DNA of 64,000 bases from a bacterium (GTDB lineage Bacteria > Bacillota > Clostridia > Oscillospirales > CAG-272). Positions within the stretch are counted from its first letter, which is position 1, and each line of letters opens with the position of its first letter. The stretch lies in contig CAVGEY010000007.1 of the NCBI GenBank assembly GCA_963628435.1, positions 12,831-76,830 on the forward strand, written 5' to 3'. The position numbers and the translations under genes are program-made. The notes below the pieces were generated by a model that saw only the letters and a list, made by a program, of their open reading frames with translations, had not been told where the DNA came from and made no database searches. Below, in pieces: positions 18,241-27,617 of this stretch.

Positions 18241-20487
18241 ATGCGGTTGATTTTACAGCAAAATAAACGCTTTTATCCGTGGATTGCCGCTGTCGTGATT
18301 GCATGCGCCGTGGCTGCGGGACTTCTCGGAGCCAATATTTTCCTTGTTATTGCGGCATCGCTTGTTCTTGCGGCAGCTCTTCTCGTAAAAATAGAATTTC
18401 CGAAAAAAATAAACAAACTTTTTATCCTGCCTTTTTTCCTTGTCTCTGCTCTTTTTGTTTTTCTGCTTATGCAGTTTACAATCGGAGCGGGAATCGGCAA
18501 ACGCCTGAACATTATTAAATTTATTCTTAATGTTCTCGTAATAGCCGCGCTTCATTTTTTTGTTTTCTCGATATGCGGAAATATGCGCGCGTCGGTGCTT
18601 TCTGTTTTGATTTTTTCGGAAACGCTCGCCGTAATCGATCATCTTGTTGTGCAGACGAGATCGATGGAAATAGTGCTTACCGATATTTTCTCGATTATGA
18701 CCGGTCTGAGCGTTGCCGCGGGCTATTCGTTTACCCTGTCCGAAATGACGGTAACCGCTCTGTTTTTCGCCGTCGGATTCGGAGTGATTGCGGCGAGAAC
18801 TGTTTATCCTGATTTTGCGGACATCAAAAGCAGGCTCTTCTCGATTTTCGGCAGTGTGGCTATAATTACGCTTGCTTCGGTTTTAGTGTCGAATTCATGG
18901 GGAAATAATTTTATCAACTTCATCGATAAATACTGGATGTACCGCGCATCCGAAAATAACGGTTTTTATCTGAACATACTGCATACGGCATCGGCAACCA
19001 ATGTCAAAACACCGCTCGGATATTCGATTGACGAGCTGAAAAAACTTCTGGAAGAACAAACAGAAAAAGGAAATACGACCGAAGAGAAAAAAGATACAAC
19101 CTCCGAGATTCCGGAAGTCACAACCGAAAAGAAACCGGAAACAGAGACACCCGTTACCGACAACGCCACAACAGGCGAACCCGAAACAGATGCCGAGAAG
19201 AAAAAACCGAATATCATCGTCGTAATGGATGAGACCTTCTCGGATCTTCAGGCTGTCGCCGATTATCTTTACGAAAACGGCTATGCAAGCGAAAAACTTC
19301 AGACCGACGAGGAGATACTGCCATACTTTAACTCACTCGATTCTTCGGCATCCAATATCGAGAAGGGATGGGCTCTGTCATCGGTTTTCGGCGGCAATAC
19401 CGCAAATTCCGAATTTGAATTTCTGACCGGCCATTCAATGGCATTTCTGCCGCAGAATACCGTCGCATATAATCTCTATCTTGAAAAAAACAACGCTTTT
19501 TCAATGGTGGATATTCTTAAAAAAGAAGGTTACCATACTGTCGGAATGCATCCGGAAGTCGCGACAAACTGGAGCAGAAACAGGATATATTCCTATTACG
19601 GATTCGATGAAACGCTTTTTATCGATGATTTTACCGATCTTGATGAAGATGACTATTACCGCGGTCATGTGAGCGACAGCGCCGTGTTCGACAAAATAAT
19701 AAGTCTTTACGAAAATAACGAAAACAGCGAGGACGACAGCTCACTCTTCGTTTTCGCGGTGACAATGATGAATCACGGCGGATATTCGACCGAAAATTTC
19801 GATGCGTCGATACATATTACAAATTACACGAATTATAAGGGCGCACAGGAATATTTCTCCTCGATAAATAAAAGCGACGAAGCTCTGAAAAAGCTCATAG
19901 AGTATTTTTCGAGTGTCGATGAGGAAACCGTTATCGTATTCTTCGGAGATCATCAGCCGTCTCTTTCTTCCGGATTTTATTCCAAGTTCTTCGGTATTGC
20001 GGATGACAGCGATCAGAAACTCAATCAGGCAAAATACGTCGTTCCTTATCTGATCTGGGCAAATTTCGATTTTGAGGATAGCACAACCGAAATAACATCG
20101 CTGAATTATCTCGGCGTGAAAACCCTCGATATTGCCGGAATCGAAAAAACCGAGTATATGAATTTTCTCACGAAAGTAAGAGCCGATTATCCTGCGATAA
20201 CCGCCGCGGGATATTGGGATACCGACGGCGAATTTTACAGCTTTATCGACAGCACTGTTGAGGAGACGACACTTCTTAAACTGTATAAGTATCTGCAGTA
20301 TAACGCACTGTTCGATGCCGATGAAAACAAGCTGAAAGCATGGTTTATCAGGGATTACGTAGGTGATGTGCCGCATACCTCAGCTGTAACATCGGATATC
20401 GTATCAACCGAAAAAATACCGGTTACCGAGCCGCCGACATCCGATAAAAAGACCGATGATGAAAAGACGGTCCCGAATCCCGAATAA
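18241..20487 (+). CDS. LTA synthase (LtaS)/sulfatase-family membrane protein with an extended polytopic N-terminus and Thr/Glu/Pro linker
   Basis: Multiple TM helices, then NIIVVMDETFSD, GGNTANSEFEFLTG, MHPE and FFGDHQP sulfatase-fold motifs. ATG at 18241 with SD AAAGGA. Confidence 0.8.
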   Translation: MRLILQQNKRFYPWIAAVVIACAVAAGLLGANIFLVIAASLVLAAALLVKIEFPKKINKLFILPFFLVSALFVFLLMQFTIGAGIGKRLNIIKFILNVLVIAALHFFVFSICGNMRASVLSVLIFSETLAVIDHLVVQTRSMEIVLTDIFSIMTGLSVAAGYSFTLSEMTVTALFFAVGFGVIAARTVYPDFADIKSRLFSIFGSVAIITLASVLVSNSWGNNFINFIDKYWMYRASENNGFYLNILHTASATNVKTPLGYSIDELKKLLEEQTEKGNTTEEKKDTTSEIPEVTTEKKPETETPVTDNATTGEPETDAEKKKPNIIVVMDETFSDLQAVADYLYENGYASEKLQTDEEILPYFNSLDSSASNIEKGWALSSVFGGNTANSEFEFLTGHSMAFLPQNTVAYNLYLEKNNAFSMVDILKKEGYHTVGMHPEVATNWSRNRIYSYYGFDETLFIDDFTDLDEDDYYRGHVSDSAVFDKIISLYENNENSEDDSSLFVFAVTMMNHGGYSTENFDASIHITNYTNYKGAQEYFSSINKSDEALKKLIEYFSSVDEETVIVFFGDHQPSLSSGFYSKFFGIADDSDQKLNQAKYVVPYLIWANFDFEDSTTEITSLNYLGVKTLDIAGIEKTEYMNFLTKVRADYPAITAAGYWDTDGEFYSFIDSTVEETTLLKLYKYLQYNALFDADENKLKAWFIRDYVGDVPHTSAVTSDIVSTEKIPVTEPPTSDKKTDDEKTVPNPE

Positions 20488-20493
20488 AAAAAC

Positions 20494-20538
20494 AAATTCC
20501 CTTTTGCGCCGGTCAAACCGCCGCAAAAGGGAATTTTT
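20494..20538. terminator. Bidirectional terminator (LtaS-family / PHP genes)
   Basis: AAATTCCCTTTTGCG / CGCAAAAGGGAATTT 15-bp stem with flanking A- and T-runs. Confidence 0.8.
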
Positions 20539-20557
20539 CGGTTAATATGTTAATCTG

Positions 20558-21979
20558 TCAGAATGAGAAATATTTCTTTTCAAGACGCTCCATCTCGAGT
20601 TTGCATTCGGCGATTCTCCTTGCATAGAATGCTTTTTCATCGACATCGTCTGTCTGCGTATACTCCGCCATCGCTCTGCCGTCTTCATGGGCGATTTCAT
20701 CGTGGAGAGGGAAGTAGTTTTCCAGCAGGAACCATGCGTATTTTATCAGGCGGAAATCGCCGACAAGACGCGGTTCGGAGAGTATTCCGTCGATTGCTAT
20801 CGAGTATTTTGCCTTAATCGCATCAATGAGACATTCGCGGCTGTTTTCCGGAGAGAATACCATCGTTCTCGCAAGATGAGCATTCGGCGCTTCGATGTTT
20901 GACCAGTGACTGTCGGTACTGCCGACTATCGGAAAATCGATGCCCTCGCTGCGCATATTCTGATATTTTGCCGTCTGATAGCCGTTCTGTTCGTAATAGC
21001 GCTCTCCTCCGAGCAGTTCAAACGCATCAAACGGATGCTGCCTCAGCATATAATCGGTAAAGCTCTCGGAGAGCTGGAACAGGTCGGAAATCCAATATGG
21101 ATGAGCGAATATTCCGAGTCCGCCCGCCTGTCTTATCTTGTCGAATTCCCAAAGACACGCGGCGTACATGTATCTTTCTTTTTCGTTGTCGATGTACTCG
21201 GGTACCGAAAGACCTTTCGCGATTTCTTCGATTTCGCGGCGGAATTCTTCTTCGCTTATCTGTTCGGGACAGTCGTCCTCATCGACCGCACGCAGCGCAA
21301 ATTTCGACACGTCTTCTTCGGTGACACCCGGGCGCGGGATTCTGTCGATGTCCTCTTTTGTCGGATAACTGTCTTTTATCAGCGAGTTTATGCTGAATTT
21401 GCCGCCGAAATTGATTAGGTGTACGGGATTTCCGGGCATGTGCACTTCTTCGCCCGTAACAAATGTAATCGCGTGATCTACATTTCTGTATGAATACATC
21501 ACCTCAAGTGACGGGAAGAATCTGTGATGGTCGGTTATCGACAGAAAATCGTATCCGAATTCACGGTAGTTTGCCGCAACCTTTTCGGGAAGTTCGCGAC
21601 CGTCCGATCTGCAGGTGTGAAGGTGCAGATCACCGATGCGCGGTATTCTCCCCGCAAGATCCTCACCGACGGCATAAAGGCTGTTTTGCGGCAGGCGCAC
21701 GTTCCCGTTGAATATTCTTACAAAATACTGCCCCTCAAGCGGAAAATCATAGGTGAATGAGAGCGCGCCGTGTTCGTCGGGGGCCGATTTGAACTCTGCA
21801 TTGCCGAGAACTCTGTCGGGATAATTATTGCTGCCGCCCTCCGAAAGTGCCGCAACGACAATACGATGCTCGACATTGTCGAACTGCCGCATACCGCGCG
21901 GACGTATGCTTATTTTCGTCGATTTTCCGACTTTTGTCACCATCGGGTAAATGTCGTAGTATCTGACTGTACTGTTCAT
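20558..21979 (-). CDS. PHP-domain metal-dependent phosphoesterase-like protein with an N-terminal beta-sandwich
   Basis: GDLHLHTCRSDG...LSITDHH. ATG at 21979 lies 9 nt after AAAGGAG; the TTG at 21985 is too close to the SD. Confidence 0.65.
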   Translation of the reverse strand: MNSTVRYYDIYPMVTKVGKSTKISIRPRGMRQFDNVEHRIVVAALSEGGSNNYPDRVLGNAEFKSAPDEHGALSFTYDFPLEGQYFVRIFNGNVRLPQNSLYAVGEDLAGRIPRIGDLHLHTCRSDGRELPEKVAANYREFGYDFLSITDHHRFFPSLEVMYSYRNVDHAITFVTGEEVHMPGNPVHLINFGGKFSINSLIKDSYPTKEDIDRIPRPGVTEEDVSKFALRAVDEDDCPEQISEEEFRREIEEIAKGLSVPEYIDNEKERYMYAACLWEFDKIRQAGGLGIFAHPYWISDLFQLSESFTDYMLRQHPFDAFELLGGERYYEQNGYQTAKYQNMRSEGIDFPIVGSTDSHWSNIEAPNAHLARTMVFSPENSRECLIDAIKAKYSIAIDGILSEPRLVGDFRLIKYAWFLLENYFPLHDEIAHEDGRAMAEYTQTDDVDEKAFYARRIAECKLEMERLEKKYFSF

Positions 21980-22052
21980 CTTCAAAAGCTCCTTTTATTG
22001 ATTTTGATTTTCGAAAAATGTCGGATATACGGGGTTTTGATGTTTTGCGAGT

Positions 22053-23297
22053 TCAGCACATAAGATTTTTCGTCTTTTTAATCGATATAATCGAAAGGAT
22101 AAATCCGGCGGCCGCCACGGCAGTCCATACGCCGATTGTCGCGAGCCATCCGCTTTTTTCGGTTATAACCGCAATGACATAGGTTGAAATCGAACTGCCG
22201 ATATAGGTACATGCGTTGAGCAGACCCGAAAACAGCGATATTCTGCCGTATTTGTCAAAGCGCGACGGGAAGATGCTTATAAGCATAAGATTTATACCGT
22301 GCATACACCCGATGACTGTCACCATAAAGACAGCGGCGATAAACATACGCATGCCGAAAAAGACAAGCAGCCCCGCACAGCTGATGAGTGCGATTCCCCA
22401 CAGACGCGCCGATGTGTGAAGCTCGTTTTTGAAGTGTTTTGAAAAGCGTCTTGTAAAAGCAATACTTAAAATCGCGAGAACGGGAACGCAGGATGCAACG
22501 AGTATCGAATATTTTGTCGGAATATTGAAATTGCTTTTTATGTAGGAAGGGAACCATGTTGTAATTCCGTCCCTGAGCATGCCGTGCATTGAAATCACAA
22601 TCATAACCGGAATGATTCCCGTGTCGATAATGATCTTGAAAATCGATTCGCGCCTCGCCTCGCCTGTTTCAGAACAGTTGTTGCCGTCGTCGGCGGCGGG
22701 CAGAGCCTTTTCAACGGTGCATGACTGCATTTTTCTTGTGAATATTCGCCAGAGCAGTGCAATCGCAGCTCCGAAAAATCCGCAGATAAAGAAAACCGTC
22801 TGCCATCCCGATACGATTATGCATGCCGAAACCGCAAAATAGATAATTATCGAAGCCGCAAAAGCGGCATCATATACAAGTGCGCAAGCCGATTCGAGCT
22901 TATCGGGCGGCAGTTCTTTCGTTATGCATCTCAGCATCGGAGGCCAGATAAGCGACTGAGCAAATCCGTTTATGCACCAAATCACAATAATGAGACAGAG
23001 ATTGATTTTTTCACCGCACCCGCAAAGACCGACTGCGATATTGCAGAGTGAGGTTGTCATCATGCCCGCCGTTATTATAAGGCTCGGCGATATTCTGTCG
23101 CCGAGATAGCCGCTTATAAGCTGACCGAATCCGTATGTTATAAAGCTGCCTGTAAGGGCAATCGCGGCGGTTGCCGAGGAAACTCCGGTTGACGAAATGA
23201 TTTCGGTCAGGGCGGCATTGTAGCTGTTCCTGGTCATATAGCTTGTAAAATACAGAATACAGCATAAAAGCATAAATCTTCGCTGTGATTTGTTCAT
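22053..23297 (-). CDS. MFS transporter (organophosphate:Pi antiporter-like)
   Basis: 12-TM-like hydrophobic profile. N-terminal YFTSYMTRNSYNAA resembles GlpT/UhpC-type MFS. ATG at 23297 lies downstream of AAGGAG. Confidence 0.7.
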   Translation of the reverse strand: MNKSQRRFMLLCCILYFTSYMTRNSYNAALTEIISSTGVSSATAAIALTGSFITYGFGQLISGYLGDRISPSLIITAGMMTTSLCNIAVGLCGCGEKINLCLIIVIWCINGFAQSLIWPPMLRCITKELPPDKLESACALVYDAAFAASIIIYFAVSACIIVSGWQTVFFICGFFGAAIALLWRIFTRKMQSCTVEKALPAADDGNNCSETGEARRESIFKIIIDTGIIPVMIVISMHGMLRDGITTWFPSYIKSNFNIPTKYSILVASCVPVLAILSIAFTRRFSKHFKNELHTSARLWGIALISCAGLLVFFGMRMFIAAVFMVTVIGCMHGINLMLISIFPSRFDKYGRISLFSGLLNACTYIGSSISTYVIAVITEKSGWLATIGVWTAVAAAGFILSIISIKKTKNLMC

Positions 23298-23464
23298 TGA
23301 TGATGTCAGACTCCTTAATCGAAAACATTTTGAAATTATGCCGTAGCCGTGAGTAAGTATAAACTTTTTGGTTTGTTTTGTCAATAGAACAGGGAATATT
23401 TTGCCGATATTTGTGAAAATTTCCATTTTTGACTATGACTGTCTGTCCGAATGTTGTTCTTTGT

Positions 23465-23493
23465 TTGACTTTTCTTTTGATATATGATATACT
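23465..23493 (+). promoter_or_regulatory. Promoter for the ECF transporter operon
   Basis: TTGACT, 17 nt, TGa-TATACT. Confidence 0.65.
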
Positions 23494-23599
23494 CTCGGTA
23501 AACGGGCCGAAACGCGTATGACGGAAATGGCGTATCCGAAATTACGCATAAAAGACCGAAAAACACGAAAGGAATCCGCCGAAAAGCGGGGTGACGAAA

Positions 23600-24493
23600 A
23601 TGGCTGAAAAAGACACTGCATTCGGACATTATCATCCGGCGGCGACATTCGCATATTTTCTTTCGGTAATGTTTGTAACCGTTTTTACGATGAATCCGAT
23701 AGTAATCGCGCTTTCATTTTTCGGCGCGCTCCTCTTCTCGGCAACGCTGGAAAGCGGCAAAGAGTTCGGCTCATCACTCGTTTTCTGTTTGACGCTGATT
23801 GCCGTCCTGTCACTGGCAAATCCGCTTTTTTCGCATAGCGGCAGTACACTCCTGTTTTTCGTAAACGGACTGCCGATAACGCTTGAATCTTTTCTTTACG
23901 GAATTGACGCCGCGGTTATGATTGCGGCGGTGCTCACATGGAGCAGATGTCTGTCGATTGTGATGACATCGGATAAGGTAATCTGCCTGTTCGGCAGATT
24001 TATGCCCAAAACGGCGCTGACCGTTTCAATGTCGTTAAGACTCATCCCGCTGCTTAAAAGAAAATGGCAGGAAATCAAAGACAGCGGGACGGCAAACGGA
24101 ATGTTCTCGGAAAATCGGATTTCGGCGAGGATTTGCGATTATGCCTCTCTTTTTTCGGCGCTTGTGACATGGGCGCTCGAAAATGCCGTGGATACGGGTG
24201 CGTCCATGCGCGCAAGAGGATTCGGACTGCGAGGCAGAAGCAGCTTCAATATATATAAATTTGCCGCACCCGATTTTCTGCTTCTCGCTTATACGGCGCT
24301 GTTTTCGGCAGCGGCATTTGTGCTTTTCGGAGTCGGATATCTCGATTTCGAATTTTACCCGAGACTGACGCAGATTAACCTTTCGACCGGTGCCGTAATA
24401 TTTTATACCGCATTTGCGCTTTTCTGCATACTACCGTCTTTTACCGAAATAACGGAGGATATAAAATGGAAATACTTTCGATCGAAAATCTGA
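23600..24493 (+). CDS. ecfT: ECF transporter transmembrane (T) component, EcfT/CbiQ family
   Basis: Polytopic membrane protein with EcfT-like ...ALE.A.D...SM.ARGF... region (ALENAVDTGASMRARGF). Overlaps the ATPase gene. Confidence 0.8.
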   Translation: MAEKDTAFGHYHPAATFAYFLSVMFVTVFTMNPIVIALSFFGALLFSATLESGKEFGSSLVFCLTLIAVLSLANPLFSHSGSTLLFFVNGLPITLESFLYGIDAAVMIAAVLTWSRCLSIVMTSDKVICLFGRFMPKTALTVSMSLRLIPLLKRKWQEIKDSGTANGMFSENRISARICDYASLFSALVTWALENAVDTGASMRARGFGLRGRSSFNIYKFAAPDFLLLAYTALFSAAAFVLFGVGYLDFEFYPRLTQINLSTGAVIFYTAFALFCILPSFTEITEDIKWKYFRSKI

Positions 24494-26151
24494 GTTTTTC
24501 GTATCCCGACCGAAAAAACAAAGCCGTCGATCGGGTTTCCCTGAAAATAAACGAGGGTGAGTTTGTCGTGCTGTGCGGATATACCGGAAGCGGCAAAACA
24601 ACCCTTTTAAGACTGATAAAGAGAGAACTTTCTCCGTACGGCAATATCGAAGGAAGAATTTTGCTTTTCGGGAAAGACATCGCCGGTATGACGGCGCGCG
24701 AGAGCGCCGTAAACATCGGATATGTCATGCAGAATCCCGAAATGCAGATAGTTACCGATAAAGTCTGGCATGAAATGGCGTTCGGACTCGAAAATCTCGG
24801 GTGGCCGTCGGATAAAATAAAACTGCGTGTCGCCGAAACCGCGGCATATCTCGGGATAGACCGATGGTTCGGAAATTCAACCGATACTCTTTCGGGAGGA
24901 CAGAAACAGCTGCTTTGTCTTGCGTCCGTTTTGGCAATGTCGCCGAAACTGCTTCTGCTCGATGAGCCGACTGCTTATCTCGATCCCGTGGCGGCATCCG
25001 AATTTATTTCCGTGCTCAAAAGGATAAACCGCGAGCTCGGCATAACCGTAATAATCGCCGAACATCGGCTCGAGGAAATATTTCGTATAGCCGACCGTGT
25101 CGCGGTAATGGAAAACGGTACTGTTGCCGCATTCGGGGAGCCCGGAGAAATATGCTTTGCCATGAGAAATACCGACATTTTCAACGGATTTCCGTCGGCT
25201 GCACGAATTGCCGCGAAACTCTGCGACATTATTAAATTATCTTCCGAATCGGTCGGCGAAAAAAAGGCGGCTTTGCCGGTAACAGTTGCGGAATGCCGCA
25301 GTTTAATCTCATCTTTTCCGCATGCCGCTCTGCCGATTAAAGAGCCGGATGATAACCGGGATACCGCGGTTTGCGTAAATGAAGCATGGTTCCGCTATGA
25401 AAAAAGCGCATCGGATATTCTTCGTGGGACAACGATAAAAATACCGTGCGGCGAAATCTTTTCGATACTCGGCGGAAACGGATGCGGAAAATCGACACTG
25501 CTTAAAAACATCGCGGGCATACTGCACCCGTATCGCGGTGAAATCCGAATTTTCGATAAAAAAATCGGCGAATACCGAAATGATTTGTATAGACACTGTG
25601 TCTCGCTTGTGATTCAAAATGCCGAAACCGCTTTCGTCAGGGAAAAACTGATTGACGAATTTCGGAATGTCTGCAAAGCCATGAATTATTCAAAATCCGA
25701 AACGGATGACGAAATTTCGAAAGCCGCCGATTTTTTCGGTCTGAACTCACTGCTTGATGTTCACCCGTACGATTTGTCGGGCGGCGAGATGCGCAAGGCG
25801 GCGATTGCGAAGGCCACGCTCTCAAAACCGCGGATTCTTCTTCTCGACGAACCAACGGCGGGGCTTGATGCGTCGACCGAAAAAGAACTCATAAAACTGC
25901 TCGTAAAAATGAAAACCGACGGCAGAACCGTTGTCATCGTCACCCATGATGTCGAATTTGCGGCAGAAGTTTCCGACAGATGCGCGCTTATGTTTGACGG
26001 TAATCTTACGGCTCCCGACTGTCCGCAGAGATTTTTCTCCGACAATAATTTCTATACAACCGCTGCAAGACGGATTGCACGCGGTGTATTCGATAATGCC
26101 GTAACCGTCGATGAGGTTGCGGATGCGGGAAGGAGAGCCGGAAATGTCTGA
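24466..26151 (+). CDS. ECF transporter ATPase, fused duplicated A/A' domains
   Basis: Two ABC cassettes: GYTGSGKTT...LSGGQKQ...LLLDEP and GGNGCGKST...LSGGEMRK...LLLDEP. Confidence 0.9.
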   Translation: MEILSIENLSFSYPDRKNKAVDRVSLKINEGEFVVLCGYTGSGKTTLLRLIKRELSPYGNIEGRILLFGKDIAGMTARESAVNIGYVMQNPEMQIVTDKVWHEMAFGLENLGWPSDKIKLRVAETAAYLGIDRWFGNSTDTLSGGQKQLLCLASVLAMSPKLLLLDEPTAYLDPVAASEFISVLKRINRELGITVIIAEHRLEEIFRIADRVAVMENGTVAAFGEPGEICFAMRNTDIFNGFPSAARIAAKLCDIIKLSSESVGEKKAALPVTVAECRSLISSFPHAALPIKEPDDNRDTAVCVNEAWFRYEKSASDILRGTTIKIPCGEIFSILGGNGCGKSTLLKNIAGILHPYRGEIRIFDKKIGEYRNDLYRHCVSLVIQNAETAFVREKLIDEFRNVCKAMNYSKSETDDEISKAADFFGLNSLLDVHPYDLSGGEMRKAAIAKATLSKPRILLLDEPTAGLDASTEKELIKLLVKMKTDGRTVVIVTHDVEFAAEVSDRCALMFDGNLTAPDCPQRFFSDNNFYTTAARRIARGVFDNAVTVDEVADAGRRAGNV

Positions 26152-26836
26152 AAAAACCGATAAAATCAAAAAGATAATATCGATTACCGTCATCGTTCTG
26201 CTGATTCCGTCTGCGATTGCGGCAGGCGTTTTCGTGTTCGGCGACCGTGCTTATATTTGGATATCTCTTTGCGTGGCTCTTCTTTCCTGCCTGCCGTTTT
26301 TTCTGCGTTTTGAACATAAAGCCGAGGACGGACGGCGCACGGCCGTGCTTGCGGTAATGACCGCACTCTCGGTCATAGGCAGATTCGCTTTTTCGGCAAT
26401 TCCGCATTTCAAACCGGTAAGCGCGGTTGTTATCATAACCGGCGTTTATCTCGGCCCCGAGGCCGGATTTCTTTGCGGCGCTCTTTCGGCGATTGTGTCG
26501 AATATCATATTCGGTCAGGGACCGTGGACGCCGTTTCAGATGATGACATGGGGACTTATCGGATTTGTCGCGGGAATTATTGCACCGATTCTGAAAAAAA
26601 GCAAGATTCCGATGCTTTTGTACGGCGCACTCGCAGGCCTGCTATTTTCGCTTATTATGGATATATGGACTGTACTGTGGGACGGAACATTCACAATATC
26701 CCGCTATCTTGCGGCTGTTCTCGCTGCAGCTCCCGTAACTGCCGTCTATATGGTGTCGAATGTTATTTTTTTGTTTTTGCTTGCCGATCCCATCGGAAGA
26801 AAACTCGATCGGGTTATCAAAAAATATCGTCTCTGA
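26144..26836 (+). CDS. ECF transporter substrate-specific (S) component, substrate unknown
   Basis: About 6 TM helices. ATG at 26144 overlaps the ATPase stop (ATGTCTGA) with SD GGAAGGAG. Confidence 0.75.
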   Translation: MSEKTDKIKKIISITVIVLLIPSAIAAGVFVFGDRAYIWISLCVALLSCLPFFLRFEHKAEDGRRTAVLAVMTALSVIGRFAFSAIPHFKPVSAVVIITGVYLGPEAGFLCGALSAIVSNIIFGQGPWTPFQMMTWGLIGFVAGIIAPILKKSKIPMLLYGALAGLLFSLIMDIWTVLWDGTFTISRYLAAVLAAAPVTAVYMVSNVIFLFLLADPIGRKLDRVIKKYRL

Positions 26837-26843
26837 AAAAACA

Positions 26844-26874
26844 GATGCCGCCCGTGCGGAGCGGCATCGATTTT
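26844..26874. terminator. Bidirectional terminator after the ECF operon
   Basis: GATGCCGC / GCGGCATC stem followed by GATTTTC and preceded by GAAAAAA. Confidence 0.7.
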
Positions 26875-26885
26875 CATAAATTATT

Positions 26886-27470
26886 TTATCTCGAAAGTTC
26901 CTTTTTTATAACGGCGGCATTGTTGTAGAAGGCAAATGCTTTTATAAGCCCGTTTGATGCTTCGAACGCCGTTGTGACTTTTCTGCCGCCTTCATCGGTA
27001 CCGTCGGCAATGTATATATCGGGAGAATCGGTGTCGGGACGTGCATCGATGAAAACATCCGATTTTTCGGTAAAATTCCGAATCGCGCTCTCATTTTCGG
27101 CAGGCTCGACTTTCTCGATTTCCTTTATTTTGTAGCTCACAAGCTTTTTTTCGGTTTTCCCTCCGTATACCGCATAAACGGTAAATACCGAATGATCTAT
27201 GATGTATTTGTATTCCACGCTTACATATCTCCATGTAAAATATACAAGCATCCAGCCGATTATCGGCATTATGGCAACTGCGGGAACAAATTTAATCGCA
27301 AGAAAGACGGTCAGAGCCCCTATAATAAGTATGTAGGCGGCTATCATGCCAAGCCGTGCCAGCCTGTATTTTCCACGGGCTTTTTTCGCCGCCGAAAATT
27401 CGGCATATCCGCGATTTCCGAACGCTTCGTCGGCGCGCGCGACTATGTCGTCTCTTATCTGTTTTTTCAT
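26886..27470 (-). CDS. Hypothetical membrane protein (two TM helices)
   Basis: 194-aa ORF with a TM hairpin (LGMIAAYILIIGALTVFLAI...PIIGWMLVYF). No recognisable catalytic motif. Confidence 0.6.
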   Translation of the reverse strand: MKKQIRDDIVARADEAFGNRGYAEFSAAKKARGKYRLARLGMIAAYILIIGALTVFLAIKFVPAVAIMPIIGWMLVYFTWRYVSVEYKYIIDHSVFTVYAVYGGKTEKKLVSYKIKEIEKVEPAENESAIRNFTEKSDVFIDARPDTDSPDIYIADGTDEGGRKVTTAFEASNGLIKAFAFYNNAAVIKKELSR

Positions 27471-27617
27471 CTGTCATATTCTCCTGTGTAAAAATCGTAA
27501 AAATAAATTCCGTGTTCTATTATATCATCTTTTCCCGTCAAATCAAGACATTATAATGCACAAATCGGTGATGCCGTTTTCGGCATTTTACCGAGAATCC
27601 AGGAAAGGAGCGAAGCC

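Noticed and set aside
23494-23599. The ECF operon leader, screened for TPP, cobalamin, SAM, FMN and preQ1 riboswitch cores.
   Set aside because: None of the conserved core sequences is present. Only a weak 4-bp CCGC/GCGG hairpin sits near the SD.
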